Source: an uncultured Bacteroidota bacterium
GTDB lineage: Bacteria > Bacteroidota > Ignavibacteria > UBA10030 > UBA6906
Length of the DNA stretch: 64,000 nt
Assembly: GCA_963700635.1 (NCBI GenBank)
Contig: CAVOYH010000004.1
Location: forward strand, 576,001 to 640,000
Direction: 5' to 3'
The notes beneath the pieces are model-generated. The model made no database searches and was not told the origin of the DNA. It saw only the letters and a program-made list of their open reading frames with translations. This document shows, in pieces, positions 29,718 to 39,037 of the stretch. Position 1 is the first letter of the stretch, and each line of letters starts with the position of its first letter. Both the position numbers and the translations under genes were made by a program.

Positions 29718-30449
29718 TCAAAACTTTCCTCCTATTCTGAAGCCCCCCGGTCCGAAGCCCATGCCAGATCTGAAGATGATGAGACTGACGACATCTGCGA
29801 CAGCGCCGACAATCAAACCGGTTACAATACCTGCGTGCGATGGTTCCCTAAGGATCCCGCTGATTTCATGAGTTGGGATCCAGAGAGTGTCCCGAGGATG
29901 GAGTAGTCCGAGCTGCGAAAGGAAGGGAACGCGATTGCTATCGATCATTCCGACCAGTGTGGCGGTCGCAATGGCGTGACCGTCGTCGCTCACTATGGAG
30001 TCTAATGAGGAGAGGGGAAAATCCGGGCGATATCGGGGTTTCACCGGCAGCAAACGTACAATTCCCGGATCGAATCCCAAGACCTTTGCCTCGAATCTGT
30101 ACTGATGGTACCCGAAGCGTTCATCTTTCTCATGAGTGACGATTGTCGCGTGTTCTCCTGGTGAAGGAAGGACATCGCCCAGAGGAGTGCCTGAGACTTT
30201 TTCGCGAAAGAGAGTGTCGTACCTCCGGTCTTCTTGGAATCCAGCCAGCTCTCCCTTGAGAGTGTCTTTGTGAATGGTGACCAGAGTGATGGGAGTTCCT
30301 TGCGTGAGATCATCCAGCCGTTTGACGGGGGTGAGCTCTTCCGAGGCACGGTTATCATTTTCGGCACCGACGAGGGCTCCGATAACGGTGCAACCCGACA
30401 GAGGAAGTGCAAAGATTAGAATGAGAAGCGTTGATGGGATCGTTTTCAT
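29718..30449 (-). CDS. Putative lipoprotein with C-terminal hydrophobic glycine-rich helix
   Basis: MKTIPSTLLILIFALPLSGC lipobox; AGGAG RBS; GLIVGAV. Confidence 0.75.
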   Translation of the reverse strand: MKTIPSTLLILIFALPLSGCTVIGALVGAENDNRASEELTPVKRLDDLTQGTPITLVTIHKDTLKGELAGFQEDRRYDTLFREKVSGTPLGDVLPSPGEHATIVTHEKDERFGYHQYRFEAKVLGFDPGIVRLLPVKPRYRPDFPLSSLDSIVSDDGHAIATATLVGMIDSNRVPFLSQLGLLHPRDTLWIPTHEISGILREPSHAGIVTGLIVGAVADVVSLIIFRSGMGFGPGGFRIGGKF

Positions 30450-30714
30450 GGTGGCTCCTGTGAGAGATTCTGGTAGAAAGGTATCGAACGCTGTAGGGCG
30501 AAGTGTCATCGAATTGTAAAAACACGTGGCTTCCCTATGACATGGAAGTGGCCCGAAGTGGGAAGATGCATTTTGGGTTCCCACCAGATAGGGAAAAGAA
30601 ATGACCAAAGCCGAGGATACACCTCAGGAGGGACATGAGCTATTTCCTGCGTCTATTGAGACGGATCATCCTCCGCTTCGTTGTTCTTACCCTGTTGGCA
30701 GAGTGACGTGACCC

Positions 30715-30815
30715 TGAAACTCGGTCCAAGATTTTGTAGACAAAAATGTTATCTTGGACCAGAAGGAGGGCATATGGGTAAGCAAGGGCACACGGCGGAG
30801 CAAATCATCAGCAAA
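30715..30815 (+). mobile_element. IS3-family left-end remnant (IRL plus the first 14 codons of OrfA)
   Basis: TG-starting end TGAAACTCGGTCCAAGATTTTGTAGACA; GGAGG RBS; MGKQGHTAEQIISK is typical of IS3 OrfA N-termini. Confidence 0.65.
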
Positions 30816-30846
30816 GAGAAGAAGGGAGTGTTGTGGTTCGTGACCG

Positions 30847-31120
30847 CAAACAAAAATGCCCCGATGTTCTGGGGCATTGTCTTATCACGCCATCGTCTTT
30901 TGAATTAAAAGAAATATCTTCAACCAAGTCAACCGTGCGATGAGCACATATCTCTCACGCGTTCGACACTTCAGGACCCTGAGCAGGTGTTGAAAAATTG
31001 TTGAAAGAACAAGGCACCTGCTCGTGCGAAAGCTGCCCACCGAAAACAAAAATGCCCGAATCAAATTGATTCAGGCACTTTCTGCGGGGTGGGTGGGGGT
31101 CTCACAGAACCCTGATGGTG
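30847..31120. repeat. Copy 3 of the composite att-like repeat (degenerate core 31084-31097)
   Basis: Colinear with 25690-25950; abuts the kinase stop codon. Confidence 0.85.
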
Positions 31121-31121
31121 G

Positions 31122-33776
31122 TTACGTTCGAGCGTATTTCTTAAGAAGAGCCTGAAACCGTGCGTCGCTCCTGAGTGCATCGTAGATCGGATCGAGACGC
31201 AGAAATGGGGGGGTAATGTATTTGGGACCACGCAAGGACAGAAGGTATTCGAGCTTATCGAGCGCCGCATCAGTGTGCCCCACCATAACGAGGACCTCTG
31301 CATAGCTGATCTGGGGCCAGACACCTGCCACTGCGTCAACGGATGCCGGCATCGCCTCTGTTGCGCGCACAGCAATCCGGAGTGCCTCATCCCTTCGACC
31401 GAGGCCAGCCAGGGTGATGGCCAGGCTTTGGAGTAGCCGATAATCGTCCGGCCTTCTGGCAATCTCTGATTCCAGAATAACACGGGATGAGTCGAACGAG
31501 GTTCGGGAACGAACCGTATCACCGAGGAAGCGATACACAAGCCCTCGCAGCTGGGTGACAGGAACAATCTCATGCTGTGACACGCGGAGCTGTCCGGGTG
31601 AGGTCGACAACAGGTTGAGTGCCGCCGTGAAATTTCGATCGTAGATTTCGAGGTGAATAAAGGCGTCCCACGGCGAGTAGATGGTGGGCGCAAGCTTGAG
31701 GATGTTCCTGGACCTCTTTGTGTCGCCATGCCAGCGGAGGTACATATTGGATTTCAACTCATAGGTGAGTCTCTGATCAGGCTGGAGATCAATGGCCTGG
31801 TCCATGTAGACCTCCGCTTCAGGATACCTCCCGAGTTGAAACAGCGTGTTGCCGATCTCACGCGCCATGCCAGCGGAACGGGGATTGAGCCTCAAGGCCT
31901 TCTGGAGTTGATCAGCCGCTTCATCAAACCTTCCCTGCCGGCGCCAGATATATGCAATGCTGGATAGTGCCAGACCATCGCTCGGACGCATCTTCTCGTA
32001 CCTGGTCAACGCCTCCAGCGCCTTCTCGTAGTCCCTGAAGCCCCGGTAGTAGTACATCCCAAGCTCTCTTTGAGCTTCAGGCAAATCTGGCTGGAGAGCC
32101 AGGGCTTTGTCGAGCGCGCGCTTGCCAGCGGCCAGACGTTCTGGCGATCGGTCAAAGCCCTCCCAGTAGTACCGGGTATGAGCGGATGCGAGCGCGGCGT
32201 ATGCGAGCGCAAACGTCGAGTCAAGTTTCACAGCCTGCTGGTACATCTCCAGGGCCATTCTCGTGTTGTTCTCTTCGTAATCAGGGCCTGACGACATTCC
32301 CCGGAGGTATGCCTGATACGCGTCGAGGTTGCGGGTCGGGACGGTTGCGATGACCCGTTGCTCATCTTGCCGCAAGACAAGACCGAGAGAGTGAGCTACC
32401 CGTGTGGCAATTTCGGTCTGGACGAGGAAGATGTTCTCAAAGTCTCGATCGAATTTCTCGGCCCAGATGTGCCTGTCGTCGGAGACCTGAATCAGTTGTG
32501 GCGAGATGCGAACCTTTTGCTTGTCCCGTTCTCTGACCCACCGAACGGTTCCTTCAAGAACATAATCCACGCCCAGTTCCGCTGCGATGGCAGGAAGCGT
32601 CATTCCCTTGTTCTTGTACTGCATGGCACTGGTTCGAGAAATGACCCCGAGGGTGCTGATCGAGCTCAGGCGCGTGGTGATCTCGTCTGTCAGACCATCG
32701 CTGAAATATTCGTCCTCTGCCGGGCCCAGGTTTTCAAAAGGGAGGACGGCGATCATCTTCAGGCGAGCATCAGGAAGTGATGTATCTCCGCGGGGCCAGA
32801 AGAGAAAACGCCCAAGAATCCCCACCGCAACGATTCCCAAGGCCGCCAGCCCATACCAAAGACGCCTCTTCCACGCGTGTCCCCGCCCCGCGACCGGATG
32901 TGCCGTGCTCCGAGATTGCCCCTCGACGGGTTCCCCTTGCCGAGAACCGAGGTCCGCCAAAATCTCATCCACGTTTTTGTATCGGTTTTGCACATTCCTG
33001 GCAAGGCAACGTGTCACTACACGCTCCACATCGGACGGGACCTCAGGCCGAAGAGATGACAGGGGTTTTGGGTCCGTGTTGAGGATAGCATAGATCAGCG
33101 CGTTGTCATACTCCGCCGTGAATGGCCGTTGTCCGGCGAGCATCTCGTAGAACACGACCCCGAATGACCAGATATCGGTTCTCTTGTCAACGTTTTCTCC
33201 GGTCGCCTGTTCGGGTGACATGTATGCCGCGGTGCCCAAGGTGCTTCCTGCTCTTGTCAGCAGCGTCCGTCCGCCCAGCTTCGCTAGTCCGAAGTCCAGG
33301 ATCTTCGCGACACCGCTCGTTGTGATGCGGATGTTGGCTGGCTTGATATCCCGGTGAACAATATCTGCATGGTGGGCTTCAGCGAGACCACGAGCAATCT
33401 GGACCGCAAGCTCGATGGCTTCGTTAATCGGTAAAGGTCCACGGTCGATCTTCTCCTTGAGCGTCTCGCCGTCATACAGGTCCATGACAATGAAAAGTGC
33501 TCCATCGGCTGTTTCGTCAATGTCGTGGACCGTACAGATGTTATGATGCTGGAGGGCGGAAGCAGCTTTCGCTTCGTGGACAAATCGAGCCCTGGCCTGT
33601 GGGTCTCTGACGAGCTCAGGAGGGAGGAACTTAAGCGCTACGGTGCGATCGAGCTTGAGGTCCTGGGCCCTGTAGACCACGCCCATCCCGCCGACGCCGA
33701 GCTGCTCGAGGATGGTGTAGTGAGAAACCGTCTGACCAACGAGAGTAGCCACGGCAGTTCCTTCAAGAGGAGACAC
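31122..33776 (-). CDS. Ser/Thr protein kinase with TM helix, TolB-like domain and TPR repeats
   Basis: LGVGGMGVVY, HRDIKPAN, DFG, YMSPEQ; MIAVLPFENLG; TPRs; LRLDPIYDALRSDARF tail. The start could be the GTG near 33752. Confidence 0.92.
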   Translation of the reverse strand: MSPLEGTAVATLVGQTVSHYTILEQLGVGGMGVVYRAQDLKLDRTVALKFLPPELVRDPQARARFVHEAKAASALQHHNICTVHDIDETADGALFIVMDLYDGETLKEKIDRGPLPINEAIELAVQIARGLAEAHHADIVHRDIKPANIRITTSGVAKILDFGLAKLGGRTLLTRAGSTLGTAAYMSPEQATGENVDKRTDIWSFGVVFYEMLAGQRPFTAEYDNALIYAILNTDPKPLSSLRPEVPSDVERVVTRCLARNVQNRYKNVDEILADLGSRQGEPVEGQSRSTAHPVAGRGHAWKRRLWYGLAALGIVAVGILGRFLFWPRGDTSLPDARLKMIAVLPFENLGPAEDEYFSDGLTDEITTRLSSISTLGVISRTSAMQYKNKGMTLPAIAAELGVDYVLEGTVRWVRERDKQKVRISPQLIQVSDDRHIWAEKFDRDFENIFLVQTEIATRVAHSLGLVLRQDEQRVIATVPTRNLDAYQAYLRGMSSGPDYEENNTRMALEMYQQAVKLDSTFALAYAALASAHTRYYWEGFDRSPERLAAGKRALDKALALQPDLPEAQRELGMYYYRGFRDYEKALEALTRYEKMRPSDGLALSSIAYIWRRQGRFDEAADQLQKALRLNPRSAGMAREIGNTLFQLGRYPEAEVYMDQAIDLQPDQRLTYELKSNMYLRWHGDTKRSRNILKLAPTIYSPWDAFIHLEIYDRNFTAALNLLSTSPGQLRVSQHEIVPVTQLRGLVYRFLGDTVRSRTSFDSSRVILESEIARRPDDYRLLQSLAITLAGLGRRDEALRIAVRATEAMPASVDAVAGVWPQISYAEVLVMVGHTDAALDKLEYLLSLRGPKYITPPFLRLDPIYDALRSDARFQALLKKYART

Positions 33777-33782
33777 GGGGGT

Positions 33783-33811
33783 AAGGTAGCTCGAAAGAAA
33801 GCGATAGTCAA
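33783..33811 (-). promoter_or_regulatory. Sigma70-type promoter of the kinase gene
   Basis: Minus strand TTGACT-17 nt-TACCTT. Confidence 0.55.
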
Positions 33812-33858
33812 ACGCGCGGACGAGGTTCGTTGCCGGCCCGGTTCGTTGCCGGCCATTG

Positions 33859-36173
33859 TCAGTCTTCTGGAGGCGGCAAATTCATGCGCTTCATCGACAC
33901 TGCAAAACGCGGATCACTGCGCAACGGGATGAAATTATCGTTTGCTCGTACCCACGGGACCCATGCGTGGGGGTGTTCGTAGTTCAGCCAGTGGAAGGCC
34001 TCATCCTTGTTCCCGAGAACAGAGTTGAGCGTCGCCCGCCACCAAGCCCTCCATTGATTAGGCGGAAGTCCTTCCAATTCTCGTAATACCTTGATGGCCT
34101 CTTCGCGTCTGCCCGCTCGTACATACCCCACGCCAATGGCAAACTGAAACGCCGGTGAGCCCTCTCGGGCTTTTTCATACTCCGCAAACGCCTCTTGGAA
34201 TCGCCGCTGATCCACGTACACGCGCGCCAAATTGTAGTGCCCGATTGGGGTGTTGGGATCGATGTCGATTGCCTTCTTGCACTCTACGATCGCCTCCTCA
34301 AAACGACCAAGGCGCCGATAGATTTCTGCAAGCCAGGCAGTGTGCAGAGGAAGCATGGGATCCAATTCCTGAGCGCGCTTATGCTCGGCAATCGCTTCCT
34401 CCATGCGTCCGAACAACACGTGATACCAGGCAAGAGGATAGTGCGCGATTGCAAGGTGCGGATTCAAGCGGATTGCCTTGTTCATCAGTGCCTGGGCCTC
34501 TCCCCACTGCCAGTCATAGTAGGCCCGGATGAAGCCGAGGGCGGCATACGCCATGTCCAGCGTGCTGTCCAACTGAATTGCCTTCTCACCTGCGGCTCGG
34601 GCAAAGGAGAGCGCGTCAGATGGAGGTTCCGGACCATGGGCTGCCGTTGTATAACCCATCGATAGTCCAGCATACGCTCGCGCATCTCCGGGATCCCTGT
34701 CGACGGCGGCCCGGAGGTAGGCGATCCCTTTTACGGTCCCTTCGGGCGTTGCCTTGTTCAGCCAGTACATTCCACGAAGATAGGCTTCATAGGTGTCAGG
34801 GTTGACTGGAGGGGCCTGCTTCAATTGCTCAACCTTCTGTGGCTGAAGTTCCAGCCTGAGCTGCGTCGCAATCGCGGTTACGATCTCGCCCTGGAGGGTG
34901 AGGACATTGTTCATCTCTCGTTCATAGCGGTTCGCCCATATTTGACCGGAGGTGAGTGGATTGATGAGCTGTGCCGTGACGCGCACCGAATTGCCTGCCC
35001 GGACGACGGCTCCGGTCACCAGGGCGTCGACGTTTAGTTCGCTGGCGATCTCCTGGAAGGTCTTCTGCTGATTTCTGTAGCGAAGGACCGATCCGCGTTC
35101 GATCACTCGTTCGAGCCCCCGAGCTTGGCGAGTTCCGTAATGAGGGCATCGTGGATACCCTCGACGAGATATTCCTGCTCCGTGTCACCGGAAAGATTCT
35201 CGAGCGGAAGGACGGCAAGGGACTCGATGACATGTCGGTCTCGGGCCGTGAAATAAAGAGTGAGCAGTGTGGCGCCAATCAGTATTGCCAGGAGGACCGC
35301 GGCGGAGATGAAGGCCCGGCGGCCTGCCGAAGTACCGCCGAAGGCTGATCCTTCGTCTGACGGTCACTGACAGGCCATCCAGATCCATTAGAACATCGTC
35401 CATTGACTGATAGCGGTCTTCTTTGTCTTCTGGAGGAGTTTTGTCACGAGAGCCTCGAGCTCGACCGTCACGTCAGGTCTGCAGTCTCGCAAGGGGGGAG
35501 GGTTCTCGTTTAGGATGCAATAGACAACCGCCTGCTCATAGTCAGACCTGAAAGGAGAGTGTCCGGCCAGGAGCTCGTAGAGGACAACGCCAAAGGACCA
35601 GATGTCGGTTCTCCGGTCAACTTCTTCGCCCCGGGCCTGTTCGGGCGACATATAGGTAACCGTCCCTGCTGTCCTGCCTTCCCTGGTCAGCTGCGTCCTT
35701 CCAGCAAGCTTCGCAAGCCCGAAGTCCATGATCTTGACCTGACCATCGGAGGTCAACATGATGTTGGCACTCTTGATGTCACGGTGAGTGACATTCTTCC
35801 TGTGAGCTGCCTGCAAACCCCGGGCGATCTGACGACCCAGATCGAGAACCTCCGCAACCGTCAGGGGCCCTTCGTCAGCTCGCTCCTTGAGTGTCTTGCC
35901 TTCCACGTAGGCCATGGAAATGAAGGGAGTGCCCAGAGTCTCGTCGACCTGGTAGACAGTACATATATTCGGATGGTCAAGCTGCGCCGTGGCCTGGGCC
36001 TCGAGGACGAGCCGGGCTTGTTCTTTCTCGCCAACGGTCGAAGGGAGAAACTTCAGGGCGACGGTGCGGCGGAGCTTCAGGTCCTCGGCCTTGTAGACGA
36101 CGCCCATGCCGCCTTCGCCAAGCTTTTCGAGGATCTTGTAGTGAGAAACCGTCTGACCTACGAAGGGGTCCAT
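33859..36173 (-). CDS. Ser/Thr kinase-TolB-TPR, close paralog of 8248..10560 (frameshifts near 35100-35430)
   Basis: Kinase domain in 35388..36173 and TPR part in 33859..35106; the intervening sequence encodes the TM helix and AVLPLENLSGD in another frame. Confidence 0.85.
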
Positions 36174-36203
36174 AGCTGTTCCTTCGAGAGGGGAACAGCG
36201 ACA

Positions 36204-36232
36204 ACTTAGCTCACAGTGGAGCGAGGGTCAAG
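36204..36232 (-). promoter_or_regulatory. Sigma70-type promoter of the kinase gene
   Basis: Minus strand TTGACC-17 nt-TAAGTT. Confidence 0.5.
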
Positions 36233-36278
36233 TGCTGCAACTGAATTTCAAAGAGCGCAAGTGCCATAAGACGCGGGG

Positions 36279-36319
36279 AAAAAGAAAAAGGGCCACAGAA
36301 AGTGTTCTCTGTGACCCTT
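36279..36319 (-). terminator. Intrinsic terminator after tRNA-Asp
   Basis: Stem AAGGGTCACAGA/TCTGTGGCCCTT followed by a T-run on the minus strand. Confidence 0.75.
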
Positions 36320-36325
36320 GAGTAG

Positions 36326-36400
36326 CGGGGCGGACGGGACTCGAACCCGCGACCTCCTGCGTGACAGGCAGGCGCTCTAACCAAGCTGAGCTACCGCCCC
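36326..36400 (-). tRNA. tRNA-Asp (GTC), CCA not encoded
   Basis: GGGGCGG acceptor stem, TAGCTCAGCTTGGTTAGAGC D-arm, CCTGC-CTGTCAC-GCAGG anticodon arm, GGTTCGAGTCC T-loop. Confidence 0.97.
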
Positions 36401-36513
36401 GTTGCATCGTCAGCCACTAATATAAGCAATCCGGAGGAATTTGGCAAGTCAAGACTCCCCGACCTACCCGGAATTCTCGCCACGCTCCGGCTACACACCA
36501 CCATTGATGCATC

Positions 36514-36888
36514 CTATTTAGACAGAAGGACGACAAGCCCGATCACAAACACCACAACCGCAATAATAACGAGCGCAAATCTGCCTTCTCCAATTCCGTA
36601 CGCGGTCCGGTATGCATCATAACCGAGCGTTGGGTCGCTGTGGCGCCTGTCCACTTTACGCTTGAACCGGATCCGGGAATTGTCGAATTTTTCGATCATC
36701 TCCCACCCTGCACGGGCCTCCTCGTCGCAAACCTTGCGGAGAATTGTGGGATTGGAGAACCGCCCAAACATGGACCGGACGATCTTGAACTCCCACCCCT
36801 GTATGTCTTCCTGTCTGTAGCCTGTTTTCTTCTCCTCTTCCTCCTGCTGCTCCTGCCGCCGTTTCGCCGCTGCTGCGCCTGCATTCAT
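36514..36888 (-). CDS. Hypothetical protein with C-terminal TM (WEFKI / GWEM.EKFD motifs, DUF4177-like)
   Basis: 124 aa ORF with RBS, divergent from the ilv promoter. Confidence 0.65.
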   Translation of the reverse strand: MNAGAAAAKRRQEQQEEEEKKTGYRQEDIQGWEFKIVRSMFGRFSNPTILRKVCDEEARAGWEMIEKFDNSRIRFKRKVDRRHSDPTLGYDAYRTAYGIGEGRFALVIIAVVVFVIGLVVLLSK

Positions 36889-36939
36889 ACGTTCGCCCTT
36901 TCAGCCTTATCGTGGATGAACTGGTCAGAAAAAAAGCAC

Positions 36940-36967
36940 TTGACAACATATCCCATTTTCGTATATT
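36940..36967 (+). promoter_or_regulatory. Promoter of the ilv-leu operon
   Basis: TTGACA-16 nt-TATATT. Confidence 0.6.
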
Positions 36968-36987
36968 GATACAATATACAAAAGATC

Positions 36988-37128
36988 ATGGAAAACGGCT
37001 ATAATATCGAAATGTCTGCTGCAACCCTCCCGGGAGTTGCAGACAATTCCTTTGCCCTTTCCATTTTGCATCTTGGTATTCTGCTTCTGCTTGTGAACCT
37101 CCTGCTCGTCCTAGGGCTACTTCGATAA
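36988..37128 (+). CDS. Putative ilv/leu leader (attenuator) peptide
   Basis: MENGYNIEMSAATLPGVADNSFALSILHLGILLLLVNLLLVLGLLR*; its 3' half is almost entirely Leu/Ile/Val codons; lies directly upstream of ilvD. Confidence 0.7.
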   Translation: MENGYNIEMSAATLPGVADNSFALSILHLGILLLLVNLLLVLGLLR

Positions 37129-37264
37129 CCCGGACGCCAGAGGTTAACCAGCACACACCGCACACTCCACACTCAGATTCACGGTAACGCAAGGTTCGCC
37201 TCTGGTAGGCAGAGACTGTTGATACTAGGTAAGTCACTGTACCGTACTATGAGGATGACCTGTC

Positions 37265-38956
37265 ATGACCCAATCTACCGGTGCTCCGCGCCGCAGCGAC
37301 ACTATCACCAAAGGCGTTCAACGTACCCCTAACCGGGCCATGCTCCGCGCTGTGGGCTTTGGCGACAAGGATTTTTCGAAACCCATCGTCGGCGTGGCCA
37401 ACGGCTACAGCAATATGACCCCCTGTAATATGGGACTGAACGACCTGGCCATCCGGGCGATGGAAGAGCTGCAGCGTGTGGGGACCATGCCCCAGGTGTT
37501 CGGGACCATCACCGTCAGCGACGGCATATCCATGGGCACGGAGGGTATGAAACTCTCGCTGATCTCCCGCGAGGTTATCGCCGATGCCATCGAAACGGTC
37601 TGCCGGGCGCAATGTATGGACGGTGTTCTCGCCCTGGGCGGGTGCGACAAGAATATGCCGGGTGCGATGATGGCCTTTGCGCGACTGAATATCCCCGCAA
37701 TATTTGTTTACGGGGGAACCATCAAACCGGGACACTACAAGGGACAGGACCTCACGATCGTCAGTGCCTTTGAGGCCGTGGGGGAATTTAGCGCCCATCG
37801 GATTGACGAGGCGGAATTGCTGGAAGTTGAACGGCGGGCCTGTCCGGGTGCGGGTGCCTGCGGTGGGATGTATACTGCCAACACGATGTCCTCCGTCATT
37901 GAAGCGATGGGACTCTCCCTCCCGTACTCCTCCACGATGGCTGCTGAAGATGCGGAGAAGGTAGAAAGCACCGCAGCGTCTGCCGCCGCACTCGCCCGCG
38001 CTATCGAACAACAGATTCTGCCACGCCAGCTTCTCACCCGCAAGGCGTTCGAGAATGCCATCGCCGTGGTCATGGCGCTGGGTGGTTCCACCAATGCCGT
38101 GCTGCACCTTCTTGCCATCGCGCATGCGGCCGAGGTTCCACTTGATCTGGATGATTTTGAGACAATTCGCAAAAAAGTCCCGGTGCTCTGCGACCTGAAA
38201 CCGTCCGGCCGGTATGTGACGACGGATTTTCACCGGGCAGGCGGAGTACCACAGGTGATGCGGATGCTGATGACCACGGCCTGATCTCCATGGTGACGCT
38301 CTGACGATCACGGGACAGACGATCGCCGAAGTTGCTGGAGAATGTTCCCGCGGAACCCCCGAAAGGACCAGGAGGTAATTCGGCCTTGGAATAAACCACT
38401 CTATGCTCACGGACATCTTGCCATCCTCCGGGGGAATCTGGCCACAGAAGGTGCGGTGGCGAAGATCACGGCGTAAAGTCCCCGAGGATCACCGGTCCAG
38501 CGCGTGTGTTTGACTCCGAGGAGGAATGTCTTGACGCGATTCTGGCCGGACTCGATACGGCACGGCGATGTGATGGTCGTCCGCTACGAAGGCCCACGGG
38601 GCGGCCCGGGGATGCGCGAAATGCTCGCTCCGACATCGGCAATCATCGGTGCAGGACTCGGAGACGCGGTCGGACTGATAACGGACGGTCGATTTTCGGG
38701 GGGAACGTATGGACTTGTGGTCGGGCATGTCGCGCCGGAAGCCGCAGTCGGCGGCACCATCGCGCTCGTGCACGAAGGCGATCGCATCACGATCGATGCC
38801 ACTAGCGCTTTCACTCCATCTGGATGTTGATGACGTGGAACTTGCGCGACGCCGTCAACGTGGCAACCCCGGGCACTACCCTACAAGGCGGGTGTCATGG
38901 CAAAATATGCAAAATGTGTATCAAGCAGCAGCAAGGGAGCGGTGACGGATTTGTAG
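37265..38956 (+). CDS. ilvD: Dihydroxy-acid dehydratase (several frameshifts after about 38270)
   Basis: [59 protein letters not shown]. Confidence 0.93.
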
Positions 38957-39037
38957 CCGGCGCACTCTCCGAGCGGCGTAACAGAAAATTTACAAAACTT
39001 AGTCAAGCGGTACGTACGTTCACGGTATGGAGGTACA

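Noticed and set aside
25690-31120. Repeats as a CRISPR array
   Set aside because: Copies are 139-270 bp long and kilobases apart with genes between them, and there are no cas genes.
8248-36173. Kinase paralog similarity as a diversity-generating retroelement (TR/VR)
   Set aside because: Similarity spans whole genes and is not adenine-specific, and there is no reverse transcriptase in the window.
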